DNA of 62,953 nt, filler included, from Chiloscyllium plagiosum (lineage: Eukaryota), in assembly GCF_004010195.1 (NCBI RefSeq). It is 4 parts of one record of this genome, joined end to end, with 100 filler letters (N's around TTAATTAATTAA, not from the genome) between each part and the next. Parts side by side here need not be neighbours in the genome. Positions count along the whole stretch, not along the records: positions 24,054 to 49,961 come from NC_057712.1; positions 50,062 to 61,582 come from NC_057712.1; 2 more parts are not named here. The stretch is one strand, 5' to 3'. Shown in pieces: positions 37,617-50,637 of the stretch. The notes under the pieces are model-generated. The model was given only the letters and a program-made list of their open reading frames with translations, had not been told where the DNA came from and did not search any database. Each line of letters starts with the position of its first letter. Position 1 is the stretch's first letter. A program made the position numbers and the translations under genes.

Positions 37617-39280
37617 GACCATAAGACACAGGAGTGAAAGTAAGGCCATTCGGCCCACCAAGTCCATTCTGCCATTCAATCATGGCTGATGGGCATTGCA
37701 ACGCCACTTACTTACACTCTCCCCTTATCCCTTAATTCCTGGCGAGATTAAGAATTTATCAATCTCTGCCTTGAAGACATTCAACGTCCCAGCCTCCACT
37801 GCACTCCGTAGCAATGAATTCCACAGGCCCACCACCCTCTGGTTGAAGAAATGTCTCCTCATTTCCATTCTAAATTGACCCCCTCTAATTCTAAGGCTGT
37901 GCCCACGAGTCCTAGTATCCCTGCCTAATGGAAGCAAATTCTCAGCGTCCACCCTTTTTAAGCCATGCATTATCTTGTAAGTTTCTATTAGATCTTCCCT
38001 CAACCGTCTAAACTCTAATGAATACAATCCCAGGATCCTCAGCCGTTCATTGTATGTTAGGCCTATCATTCCAGGGATCATCCGTGTGAATCTCTGCTGG
38101 ACACGCTTCAGTGCCGATATGTCCTTCCTGAGGTGTGGGGCCCAAAACTGGATATAGTATTCTAAATGGGGCCTAACCAGAGCTTTATAAAGTCTCAGTA
38201 GCACATCGCTGTTTTTACATTCTAACCCTCTTGAGATAAATGACAACATTACATTTGCTTTTTTAACCACGGACTCAACCTACAAGTCAACCTTTAGAGA
38301 ATCCTGGACCAGCACTCCCAGATCCCTTTGTACTTTGGCTTTAGGAATTTTCTCACCGTTTAGAAAATATTCCATGTCTGTATTCCTTTTTCCAAAGTGC
38401 AAGACCTCGCATTGGTTCACATTGAATTTCATCAGCCATTTCTTGGACCACTCTCCTAAACTGTCTAAATCTTTCCACAGTCTCCCCACCTCCTCAGAAC
38501 TATCTGCCTATCTGCCTAACTTCGTATCATCAGCAAACTTTGTCAGAATGCCCCCAGTCCCTTCATCCAGATCATTAATATACAGCTGCAGCCCCAACAC
38601 TGAACCCTGCAGGACACCCACTTGTCACTTGCTGCCATTCCAAAAAAGAACCTTTTATCCCAACTCTCTGCCTTCTGTCAAACAGCCAATCCTCAATCCA
38701 TGCCAGTAGCTCACCTCGAACACCATGGACCCTCCCCTTACTCAGCAGGCTCCTGTGAAGCTCCTTATCAGAGGCCTTTTGGAACTCTTAGGTAGATAAC
38801 ATCCACTGAGTTTCCCTGATCTAATTATCTTATTACCTCTTCAAAAAATTCTAACAGGATTGTCAGGCATGATCTCCCCCTACTAAATCAGTGCTGACTT
38901 GTTCTAATCTGACCCTGCACTTCCAAGAATTTAGAAATCTCATCCTTATCGATGGATTCTAGAATTTTACCTGCAACCGAACTTAGACTAATCGGCCTAT
39001 AATTTTCCATCTTTTGTCTTGATCCTTTCTTGAACAAGGGGGTTACAACAGTGATTTTTCAATCATCTGGGACTTTCCCTGACTCCAGTGATTTTTGAAA
39101 GATTCACACCAACTCCTCCGCTATTTCTTCAGCCACCTTCCTCTGAACTCTAGAATGTAGCCCATCCGGGCCAGGAGATTTATCATTTTTTTTTTACCTT
39201 TTAGCTTTTATAGCACTTCCTCTTTTTTAATGGCTACCAAAGTCAACTCTGCCCCTTGACTCTCCTTAATTGTTGGGATA
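37617..39280 (-). mobile_element. CR1 LINE, RT to 3' end
   Basis: Minus ORFs 37725-38270 and 38280-38489 (RPHLEYYIQFWAP, QCEVLHFG). Confidence 0.92.
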
Positions 39281-39284
39281 ATTT

Positions 39285-40292
39285 AGTGTTCTTCGGCCTT
39301 TATCCGAGTGAACTGTAAAAGTGACTCTGATCAACATCTTCAGAAAATCAGCCAAGATCCACAATTTATGCCTGTAATAAGAGTCGTGAAAACCACTGAA
39401 ATAATCTGGTCAGTTTTGTTAGTTTCTTTTATTTATCCCTTAACTGTGTTTGCTTGTTTGCCTTTTGTGTGATTGGGGCTGAAAAGGAGGCCTGAAGGCT
39501 TTAGAGCATAGAATAGTTGGATTATTTTGTTGTTTAATTTTACTCTGCCAATGTTAATATATTTTTGATAAATTGTTATAGAACATAGAACAGAACAATA
39601 CAGCAAAGAACAGGCCCTTCGGCCCTCGATGTTGCGTTGACCTGTGAACTATTCTCAGCTCGTCTCCCTACACTAACCCATCATCATCCATATGCTTGTC
39701 TAAGGACTGTTTAAATCTCCCTAATATGGCTGAGTTGACTACATTAGCAGGTAGAGCATTCCACGCCCTACCACTCTCTGCGTAAAGAACCTGCCTCTGA
39801 CATCTGTCTTAAATTGTAATTTGTAGTTATGCCCCCTCGTACAAGCTGGTATCATCATCCTAGGAAAAAGACTTTCACTGTCTATCCTATCTAATCCTCT
39901 GATAACCTTGTATGTCTCTATCAAATACCCTCTTAGCCTTCTTCTTTCCAATGAGAACAGACCCAAGTCTCTCAGCCTTTCCTCATAAGACCTTCCCTCC
40001 AGACCAGGCAACATCCTGGTAAATCTCCTCTGCACCAATGCTTTGGCATCCTTCCCGAAATATGGCAACCAGAACTGTACACAAAATTCCAAGTTGTTTT
40101 CAGTTTAAGATAAAAACGGCTGTCTGGAATTGATTATTCACTCAGTCTGGGATTGGTCATTTCAAAAGTCTGATTAGGGACCATTGGGATCCATTTTCAG
40201 GATCTTTTGAAGGTTTTAGTTCTACTTGTAGTGAATACAGAGGTAGAAAGGCTGATTTGGTTCAGCTGTCTGTCTCCATCTCATAATGTTAC
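39285..40292 (+). mobile_element. Possible partial LTR remnant split by a CR1 insertion
   Basis: LTR-like composition ending ...cataatgttaca; ttgtt duplicated around the nested CR1; 5' end not found. Confidence 0.35.
39578..40092 (-). mobile_element. CR1 LINE 3' fragment
   Basis: Minus ORF EFCVQFWLP...RRFTRMLPGLEG; (TTCTA)-like tail. Confidence 0.9.
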
Positions 40293-40407
40293 ACCAAATG
40301 GTAGGCAGCCGTTCGAGATAGCCACCTTCTTAATGGCAATTAGGGATGGGCAATAAATGCTGACCCAACCAACAAAACCCACATTCCACGAATTAATTTC
40401 TTAGAAA

Positions 40408-43400
40408 GCACTGAATGAATACTTTGTATTTGTCTTTACCAAGGAGGAAGATGCTACCTCTACCCTGGTGAAAGTTGAGGAAGTTCAGTTGCTTGAATGG
40501 TTTATAATGGACTTACAGTTCTTAAAGTTGACAAGGAACATATCCATCCAAGGATAGTGACAGAAGTGAGAGTGGAAATTGCAGTGGTGCAAGCAATAAT
40601 TTTTAAGACTTCCTTGGGGTCATATAAGAGGACACGAGATTTGTAAATGGTACTGCCTTGTTCAAAATGCCAAGCAACTATAGATCAGTTAGTTTAACGT
40701 CAGTTTTTTGGGAAACTTCAGGAAACAACAATTTGGAGTAAACTTAAGAGTCACATGGACAAATGCAGGTTAAGTGAAGAGGCTAGAATGGATCTGTTAA
40801 GGGAAAATTATATATAATAACTGTATTGGAGTTTTTTTAAACTAACAGAAAGTTGATTAGGCCAATGCTGTTGATTTTCTGTGTGGACTCTGGAAATAGT
40901 TAAATATAGTGTCACATGATAGATTGTGTGCAAACTTTGTGGAATAAAAGGAATAGTCATACATTAGATACAAAATTAGCTGAGAGGTAGGAAACGGGTC
41001 GTATTCGTTAATAAATGTCTTTGTGGGCTGATAATGTACACACAATATTAAAATTGTTTGGACAGTGTGGAATGTGGAAACATTGTAAAACATGAGTAAA
41101 ATATTACAGAACTTCAAAATGACAGAGAGAAAGCGAGGACTGCAGTGAGGATGTTGGAGATCAGAGTCGAAAAGTGTGGCACTGGAAAAGTACAGCAGGT
41201 CAGGCAGTATCCGAGGAGCAGGAATATGACATAGACAAGTTGGTAGAATGCATAGATAGATGGCAGATGAATTTCATTGCCGAGAGGTGTCAGGTCATGC
41301 ACTTTGTTAGGAAGAATATGGAAAGGCAATATGCATTCGGGAGTGCAATGCAAAGTGTGCATGAGCAGAAGGATGGTGTTAGGCAAGAACTTTGAAAAGT
41401 TGTTCACAAATAAAGGGATAGCTGGAAAGTGGGAAGCATTTTAAAATGAGATAAGGAGAGTCCAGAGATAATATGTTTCTAGTAGGGTGAAAGGCAAGGC
41501 TGATAGATGTAGGAAATGCTGAATGACTAGAGAAATTGAGGACATGGTTAAAAGAAGGAAGCACATGTCGGGTTTAAACATCAGAGATCGAATGAATCTT
41601 TAGAAGAGTATAAAGGCAGTAGGAGTATATTGAAGAGGAAAATCAGGAGAGCCAAAAGGGGGCATGAGATAGCTTTGGCAAATAGGGTTAAGGAGAAGCC
41701 AGGGGGATTTTATAAATACATTAAAGACAAAAGGGTAACTGGGGAGAGAAAAACACCCCTTAAAAATCAGCAAGGCACCCCATGTGTGGAACCACGGGAG
41801 AGGAGGGAGATACTAAATAAGGATTTTGAATCCATGTTTACTGTGGAGAAAGACATGGAAGATATAGAAAGTGGGGAAATAGATGGTGACATCTTGAAAA
41901 ATATCCATATTACAGAGGGGGACGTTCTGCATGTCGTAAATTGCATAAAGGTGGATAAATCCCCAGGACCTGATCAGGTGTATCCTAGAATTCTGTGGGA
42001 AACTAGGGAAGTGATTGTTGGGCCCCTTGCTGTGATATTTGTATCATTGATAGTCACAGGTGAGGTGCCAAAGACTGGAGGTTGGCTAACGTTGTGCCAC
42101 TATTTAAGAAAGGTGGTAAGGTAAAGCAAAGGAACTATAGACTGGTAAGTCTGACATCAGTGGTGGACAAGTTGTTGGAGGGAATCCTAAGAGACAGGAT
42201 TTATATGTATTTGGTTAGGCAAGGACTGATTAGGAATGGTCAACATGGCTTTGTGCACATGTCTCACTAACTTGATTGTGCTTTTTGAAGAAGTAATGAA
42301 GAGAATTGATGAGGGCAGAGCGGTGGATGTGATCTACATGGACTTCAGTAAGGCATTTGACAAGGGTCCTCTTGGTGGACTGATTAGCAGGGTGGAATCT
42401 GGGGGAACTAGCCATTTGGATACAGAACTGGTTAGAAGGTAGAAAACAGAGGTGGTATTAGAGGGTTGGTTTTTAAACTGGAGGCCTGTGGCCAGTGGTG
42501 TGCCACAAGGATCAATTGTGGGTCCACTGCTTTTTGTCATTTATATAAATGATTTGGATGTGAACATAGGAAATGTAGTTAATAAGTTTACAAATGACAC
42601 CAAAATTGGAGATGTAGCAGACAGCAAAGAAGGTTACCTCTGGGTACAACGGGATCTTGATCAGATGGGCAAATGGGCCAAGGAGTGGCAAATGGAGATT
42701 AATTTAGATAAATGTGAGGTGCTGCATTTTGGGAAAGCAAATCAGGGCAGGATTTATACACTTAATGGTAAGGACCTGGGGAGTATTGCTGAACAAAGAT
42801 CTTGGAGTGCAGGTTCAGAGTTCCTTGAAAGGGGAATCACAGATATAATGTGTCCTTGCCTTTATTGGTCAGAGCATTGAGTGTAGGAGTTGGGAGGTCA
42901 TGTTGCGGCAGTACAGGACATTGGCTAGGCCACTTTTGGAATATTGTGTTCAATTCTGGTCTCTCTGGTATAGGAAGGATATTGTGAAACTTGAAAGGGT
43001 TCAGAAAAGATTTACAGGGTTGTTGCCAAGGTTGGAGGGTTTGAACTAGAGGGAGAGGCTGAATTGGCTGTGGCTGTTTTCCGTGGAGCGTCGGAGACTG
43101 CAGTGTGTGACCTTATAGAGGTTTACAAAATCGTGACGGGCATGGATAGGGTAAATAGACAAGATCTTTTTCCCAGGGTGGGGGATTCCAGAACTAGAGG
43201 ACATAGATTTACGATGAGAGAGGAAAGATTTAAAAGAGATCTAAGGGGCAACATTTTCATGTAGTACGTGTATGAACTGAGCTGCCAGAGGAAGTGGTGG
43301 GAGCTGGTACAATTACTGCATTTAAAAGGCATTTGGATGGGCATATGAATAGGAAGGGATTAGAGGAATATGAGCCAAGTGCTGGCAAATGTGACTAGAT

Positions 43401-43955
43401 TAATTTAGGTTATGTGCTTGGCATGGACAAATTGGACCAAAGGGTCTGTTTCCGTGCTGTAGATCTCTATGACCTGGATGTTCATGTGCATAACTCAGTA
43501 AAGGTGGCAGGACAGGTTGAAACAGCAGTTTATAAACCTTACCTTAGCCAGCCTTTACTAATAGGGGTATAGAGTACAAGAGGAAACAAGTTATATTTTG
43601 AAGTTATAACGGACACTAGTTAGATACCAGCTGAAGTTTTATGTATAGTTCTAGGAGCTGCAATTTAAGAAGACTGTGAAGGCATCAGAAAGGGTTCAGA
43701 AGAGGTTTACAAGAAATGTTCCAGAGATGAGAAACTTCAGTGACGAAGCTAGATTGAAGAAGATGGGATTCTTTCTCTTGGAAAAGAGAAAGTTGAAAGG
43801 TGATTTGATAGAAGTTTTCAAAATCAAGAGCAGTTAGGGAGAAACTATTTCCACTTGAAAAAGGAATGAGATGGAGAGGACACAAAGCTAAAGTAATTCA
43901 CAAAAAACATGTGATGTGAGGAAAATCTTTTTCACACATTGGGTTGTTGGGTTGG
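40408..43955 (+). mobile_element. Old CR1 LINE hosting a younger CR1 (41375-43472) and a Penelope-like fragment (about 41127-41224)
   Basis: Degenerate RT on both sides (WQMNFIAERCQVMHF before; RVQKRF after) is collinear across the insert. Confidence 0.7.
41375..43472 (+). mobile_element. CR1/HER1-like LINE, 5'-truncated
   Basis: KSPGPDQVYPR, NYRLVSLT, YMDFSKAFDK, GVPQGSIVGPLLF motifs; 3' tail. Confidence 0.92.
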
Positions 43956-44626
43956 AGTGACAATAGACAATAGGTGCAGGAGTAGGCCATTCTGCCCTTC
44001 GAAACTGCACCACCATTCAATATGATCATGGCTGATCATCCTTAATCAGTATCCTGTTCCTGCCTTATCTCCATAACCCTTGATTCCACTATCCTTGAGA
44101 GCTCTATCCAACTCTTTCTTAAATGAATCCAGAGACTGGGCCTCCACTGCCCTCTGGGGCAGAGCATTCCACACAGCCACCACTCTCTGGGTGAAGAAGT
44201 TTCTCCCCATCTCTGTCCTAAATGGTCTACCCCGTATTTTTAAGCTGTGTCCTCTGTTTCGGCACTCACCCCGCAGCGGAAACATGTTGCCTGCCGCCAG
44301 AGTGTCCAATCCTTTGATCATCTTATATGTCCCAACCAGATCCCCTCTCAGTCTTCTAAACTCAAGGGTACACAAGCCCAGTCGCTCCAGTCTTTCAGTG
44401 TAAGGTAATCCCGCCATTCCAGGAATTGACCTCGTGAACCTACGCTGCATTCCCTCAATAGCCAGAATGTCTCTCCTCAAATTTGGAGACCAGAACTGCA
44501 CACAGTACTCCAGGTGTGGTCTCACCAGGGCCCTGTACAGCTGCAGAAGAACCTCTTTGCTTCTATACTAAATCCCTCTTGTTATGAAGGCCAGCATGCT
44601 ATTAGCCTTCTTCACTACCTGATGTA

Positions 44627-44769
44627 NNNNNNNNNNNNNNNNNNNNNNNNNNNNNNNNNNNNNNNNNNNNNNNNNNNNNNNNNNNNNNNNNNNNNNNNNN
44701 NNNNNNNNNNNNNNNNNNNNNNNNNNNNNNNNNNNNNNNNNNNNNNNNNNNNNNNNNNNNNNNNNNNNN
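44627..44769. other. Assembly gap (143 N)
   Basis: Run of N without spacer. Confidence 0.95.
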
Positions 44770-45025
44770 GATCCCTGCGGTACCCCACTGGTCACTGCCT
44801 GCCATTCCGAAATGGAGCTGCTTATCACTACCCTTTATTTCCTATCAGCCAACCAACTTTCAATCCAAGCTAGCACTTTGCCCCCAAAAGCATGCACCCT
44901 AATTTTACTCACTAACCTCCTATGTGGGACTTTATCAAAAGCTTTCTGAAAGTCCAGATACACTACATCTACTGGATCTCCCTTGTCCATCTTCAGAGTT
45001 ACATCCTCAAACAATTCCAGAAGAT

Positions 45026-45060
45026 CTCGGATCTCCAGCATCTGCAGACCTCATTTTCTC
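45026..45060 (+). mobile_element. 35-bp Penelope-like extreme 3' terminus inserted in CR1
   Basis: 10-bp TSD tccagaagat (45016-45025/45061-45070). Confidence 0.7.
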
Positions 45061-46019
45061 TCCAGAAGATTAGTCAAGCATGATTTCCCCTTCATAAATC
45101 CATGCTGACTCTGATCTATCCTGTTACTACTATCCACATATGTCATAATTTCATCCTTTATAATAGACTCCAGCATCTTTCCCACCACTGAAGTCAGACT
45201 AACTGGTCTATAATTTCCTGCTTTCTCTCTCCCACCTTTCTTAAAAAGTGGTACAGCATTAGCCACCCTCCAATCCGCAGAGTGCACCCTGAAAGTTGAT
45301 GGAAGATACACAGATATTAAATGATTATTTGAATAAAAACGATATGTGGGGTTAATGGGAGAAAATAGGATAGGATTAAGTGAGATCACTCAGAGAAACA
45401 GCACAGATAAGATTGGAAAATTAATCTCCTTCTGGACTGTTACAATGCTGCAAACACATTGTTGTGTTGTCTTAGACAAATACTTGCTTTCAAGAGAACA
45501 GGCCAAAAACTAGCAGTGCCTTTTTTAAAAATTGAATATACATGCTTACATACCTAATCTGTGTATCTGAGTAAGAAATAAAGATATTTATCTTGCATAA
45601 ATTTGTGTATTAAGAAATGCTTTTCCTGATTTAATTCTAGTCTTCTGCATAACACTGAATAGGTGCATCTACAAACTATGTCCAGGTTTTGACCCTTCAT
45701 CTTTCGCTATCAAGACCTGGAAAAGGTTGAGACCAAGGTCCACAAGTTAATTGAACTATTTTAAATGCACTTAATTAACAGCAAAGGTTTGGGAAACTGA
45801 GGTTCTTCGCTGTGAAAAATAAGAACAGGAAAAGATTGAAGTTCTTAACATAATGAAGGGATTAGATCATAATTAAGCCATGTATGCACAAGAGAACTTT
45901 TGGACATCAGAATAGTTCAGTTAGAAGTAGTTCACCAGCTAATTCTAGATCTTGGGTTTGTTGGTTGTGCTGTTGTATATGATAACGCAGACATCATTGA
46001 CTTATAATCTTGTTTTCAG

Positions 46020-46132
46020 AGTTCATGGCGTCTCCCATGCTTTTAAGAAAATTCTTTCAGAAGGTGGAATCCGAGGTCTGTGGGCTGGATGGGTTCCAAA
46101 TGTACAGAGAGCTGCACTAGTGAGTCTGGGAG
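46020..46132 (+). CDS. SLC25A27: UCP4 coding exon 5
   Basis: [37 protein letters not shown]; ttttcAG acceptor, GTAACC donor. Confidence 0.95.
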
Positions 46133-46339
46133 GTAACCCTAAAAATCAATGAGCTATTTTTTAAAAACATTCGATATTTATAATAGTAAGTTCTGCAAAA
46201 TCTAAAGACATTTCTCAAAATTGATGCTGCCGAGTCTGAAAGGATAAAGCTAGGACATGTGAAACACCAGGCAAGAAATCTTGCGTATTATCAAAATATG
46301 ATTACACAATATTCAGCAACCTTTGCATCTCGTCAGATA

Positions 46340-47075
46340 TTGAAATAGTCTTGCTTTGTTCAAGCAAGCTATGAGCAACATTCAGGACATGGCTATTGTG
46401 TGGCAACTTATATCTGCACCACACAAGTGCCAGACAATAATGATTTTCAAAAAGAGAGCATCACCCACTCCAGTCTGATGGACATTCAATGATATTACCA
46501 TCACTGATGCCCTACAAGATCAATGTCCTGGCCATTACCATTACTGGAATCTTAACAGGACCAGCTATATACATACTATGCCTTCAACAGCAGATCAGAG
46601 AATCACATTCTGAGAATTCTCTCATGGGTAACTAGTACCTGCCATCCAGAAGAGGTCTGGATGTCGGAAGTTGGAATTGTGATGCATGATTGCAGCTGCA
46701 ACACCAAAATAGCGAAATACCATTCAGAACAAAGCAACCCGCCTGATTGGGCTTTATCCACTTACAAGATGGATGGCAGATAGTCTCCTTCGATGACACC
46801 TGTCCTTCTTTGGCAAAGGTAGTGGGTTTGACAAGGGCAGCAAATGCCTGGGAACAACATATCTGTGCATTCCCCTCCAACCTATACACCATCCTGACTT
46901 CAAGTGAATCACAGTTCATTCGTTGTCGCTGAATCAAAATCTTAACTGCCTTCTGAACAGCAAGTGTATTTTTGACACATCAACTGCAAAAATTCAAGAA
47001 TGTGAATCACTACCACCTTTTCAAATGAACAACAAATACAGGGCTTGTCAGCGATGCTCCTATCACGTGAATGAA
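46340..47075 (+). mobile_element. Highly decayed CR1-like LINE 3' fragment (second lineage)
   Basis: Collinear weak similarity to 31148-32205. Confidence 0.6.
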
Positions 47076-47727
47076 TCGCTAAAATTCTACTTAAACATGA
47101 TGGATTCATGTTGAACCATTTTAAGTGGTGATTTTGTGCAAAATCGATAGGTTTCTGTGCTGATTCAAAACATTTTCGTCAAACACAAACATATGTTTCT
47201 TGATAAATTGGATTAAATTGCATGCTACAGAAACCGTTTGATTATTTTACAAGTCTTTAAAAATGGAACAACCTAGTAAGGCTAATATAAAAGCAAAATA
47301 ATGTGGATGCTGAAATTCTGAAATGATAGAAAGTAGTGGAAATACTCAGTACATCAGACAGCAGATCAGAGAGGAACTGAGTTTATGTCTCTGGTTATTG
47401 AGCTCTCATCAAAATTGGAAAAAGTCAAAAATGGAGCAAATATCTCTACCTTTCACCAATTTTGATTAAAGTAGTGACTGAAGTGACTCATATTGTGAAG
47501 TACATACGTACAAGCATTGGGCAAGGGCAATGATCAGCCATCTAACCACTGTAGACTAACCTGCAATATTTACAAATTAAGCTTATATGTAAGGTTGATA
47601 GCTTGATTACAGTGGAACTGTATCCAGTCATGAAATATCATCAGCTTCACATCAGGACTTGAGGAAAAAATACCAGAAGTGGAAATATATCAGTACATTA
47701 TATTTCAAAAGAGAGAACGATCTTCCA

Positions 47728-48049
47728 GTGGCTCAGTGGTTAGTACTGCTGCTTCACAGCGCCAGGAACCCGGGTTCAATTCCAGCCTTGGGCAACTGTC
47801 TGTGTGGAGTTTGCACATTCTCCCCATGTCTGCGTGGGTTTCCTCTGGGTGCTCCGGTTTTCTCCCACAATCCAAAGATATGCCGCTTAGGTGAATTGGC
47901 CATGCTAAATTGCCCATAGTGTTCAGGGATATGTAGGTTAGGTGTATTAGTCAGAGGTAAATATAGAGTAGGGGAATGGACCTGTGTCATTGTGGACTTG
48001 TTGGGCCGAAGGGCCTGTTCCCACACTGTAGGGATTCTGATTCTGATTC
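47728..48049 (+). mobile_element. HE1-type V-SINE
   Basis: tRNA head, V-domain, gggcctgttcccacactgtagggattctgattc tail. Confidence 0.9.
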
Positions 48050-48330
48050 ATCAATCTTGCATCATTTGTTTTTAGCAACACGTGCAAATTTGAAATGAAA
48101 CTGGATATTTATAAAGTTGCTACCTCTATCTGTATCAGATGGAATCAGTTTGGTAAATGCCCTGTACTTATTCATCAAGATGATGTCATTAAACAATAAA
48201 TACAGGATTATCTTCCACACAAAAGTACACTGCCTTGATCATATTATACATCCCTCTGTCCCCAATAGTTTTTTGCATTCCTTTTGCATTTTAAATTTCC
48301 TCACCCTTTTATTGATGATTTTGTGCTTAG

Positions 48331-48415
48331 ATCTAACAACGTATGATACAGTGAAACACTTCTTACTACGACACACAACTCTGAAAGACAACAGCTTATG
48401 CCATGCCTTATCAAG
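48331..48415 (+). CDS. SLC25A27: UCP4 coding exon 6
   Basis: (D)LTTYDTVKHFLLRHTTLKDNSLCHALS(S); TAG acceptor, GTACCA donor. Confidence 0.95.
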
Positions 48416-49614
48416 GTACCAATTTTTTTCCTAAAAATCTCTTTCATTCATATATAAGTATTTCTTGCAAACAACTTGAGTTATGACTCTGCAGTACTGT
48501 ATATATTCCCTATAAGTATTGTAGTGACTGGACATGTTTTATTTATGATTGCTCATGTCTGATTGATACCTGGAAAAAGAAAATACTATATCTTGTGAAA
48601 ATCCTCAAACCAAATCTCTTCAATTTGATATGTAATTTTTTTCCATTCTACCAATTTTCCATAAACGTTTTACCATTTTATTAGGTGCAAGAAATTGTTT
48701 AATTCATGCTATTTCTTATTACATAAGACTCAAATGGAAAACATTTACAGAAGCAGGGTATTGAGAATGCTGGATATCTGAAATAACAATAGCAAGTACT
48801 GGAAATACTCAGCAGGTTAAATATTTGTGACAAGAGAAAGTGAATTAGCATTCATGGTCTACAACCTTTCATCAGAATTCTAATCTAATGATTTAGGGTG
48901 CTCTATTGTTTCTTAAATCAAGTTATTTGACAGATCTCACAAATTGTTTTGATTGTTCCTTTCAAGGGCTTAGTGTTCAGACTTATTTTTCTCTTTATGG
49001 TTCTGTACTGCAAAGAAATTCTAAAATTGTCACTTTTAAATTGCAGCCCATTTCATGTCAAATGATTATTAGATAACTTGTATGTTTAATTTGGCCCTGT
49101 ATATTTTTCAAGTTCTGTAACTTGGTCATGCTCTCAGGTCTTTTTATTTTTCTAGAAAGACCTTTGTTGCCATTTCCATTGCTGTAGTGTTGTAGGGGTG
49201 GGATGGATTTGGAATCCTTTCAACCAAGTCAAAGACTGTTTCTTCCCCTTATGGTGTTACTATTTCTTTCACATTTCCTCTTCCCCACTGAGCTCATTTG
49301 CTGCTGCAGTTACCAGTGCGGTTCCTGCTGGCCATGTTAGTACAACTCTTTTGTTTGTCAGAGTTAGCAATGGCCATATTTCCCTCTGACAGCAGTGTTG
49401 AGAAATATATTCATCTTTCCCAGTACAAAGACAGTCCTCACAAATTTAAAATTGTCGTTCAGTTAAGTTGTCACCCTAATTCTAAAACTAACTTGTGATT
49501 TTCTTTTTGAGAAAATTCACAAGGATTTATTGTATTAGCCACCATCAGAATAGTAATGAGAAAAATCTGAGCAATGAGCCCTTGAAAGAAAGAAAGAATC
49601 AAAAGAATTGATTC

Positions 49615-50637
49615 TTCGGAGGGGGTTTAAACTAATTTGGCAGGGGGATGGGATCTGGACTTGTAATCCAGCAAGTAGGCTAGCTGTTTGTCAGGATGTC
49701 CAAGAATGTAGGGAGGCTGTGAAGAAGGTAGCACTGACAGGGAATACTTGCGGACACAGAGATGGGTTCAAGTGCGTATACTTCAACACAAGGAGTATCA
49801 GAAATAAGGTGGGTGAACTTAAGGCGTGGATCGGTACCTGGGACTACGATGTTGTGGCCATCATGGAAACGTGGATAGAAGAGGGACAGGAATGGTTGTT
49901 GGAGGTTCCTGGTTAAGATGTTTCAGTAAGATTAGGGAGGGTGGTAAAAAAGGAGGAGGGGNNNNNNNNNNNNNNNNNNNNNNNNNNNNNNNNNNNNNNN
50001 NNNNNTTAATTAATTAANNNNNNNNNNNNNNNNNNNNNNNNNNNNNNNNNNNNNNNNNNNNCATTAGCAGAGGGCTTGAATTCAAGAGTCGTGAAGTGAT
50101 GTTGCAGCTGTACAGGACTTTGGTTAGGCCACAGTTGGAGTACTGTGTGCAGTTCTGGTCGCCTCACTTTAGGAAAGATGTGGAAGCTTTGGAGAGGGTG
50201 CAGAGAAGATTTACCAGGATGTTGCCTGGAATGGAGAGGAAGTCGTACGAGGATAGGTTGAGAGTGCTAGGCCTTTTCTCGTTGGAACGGCAAAGGATGA
50301 GGGGTGACTTGATAGAGGTTTATAAGATGATCAGAGGAATAGATAGAGTAGACAGTCAGAAACTTTTTCCCCGGGTACAACAGAGTGTTACAAGGGGACA
50401 TAAATTTAAGGTGAAGGGTGGAAGGTATAGGGGAGATGTCAGGGGTGGGTTCTTTACCCAGAGAGTGGTGGGGGCATGGAATGCGCTGCCTGTGGGAGTG
50501 GTAGAGTCAGAATCTTTGGTGACCTTTAAGCGGCAATTGGATAGGTACATGGATGGGTGCTTAAGCTAGGACAAATGTTCGGCACAACATCGTGGGCCGA
50601 AGGGCCTGTTCTGTGCAGTAATGTTCTATGTTCTATA
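49615..50637 (+). mobile_element. Young CR1 LINE whose middle is lost in a gap
   Basis: Endonuclease start (YFNTRSIRNK...DVVAIMETW) left of the gap and a clean ORF2 C-terminus 50096-50569 right of it. Confidence 0.88.
49962..50061. other. Assembly gap with TTAATTAATTAA spacer
   Basis: 44 N + spacer (50006-50017) + 44 N. Confidence 0.95.

Larger units (their letters stand above)
43960..45285 (-). mobile_element. CR1 LINE, RT to 3' end, containing a gap
   Basis: Minus ORFs DWRVANAVPLFKKG, YLDFQKAFDKVPH, RPHLEYCVQFWSP. Confidence 0.92.
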
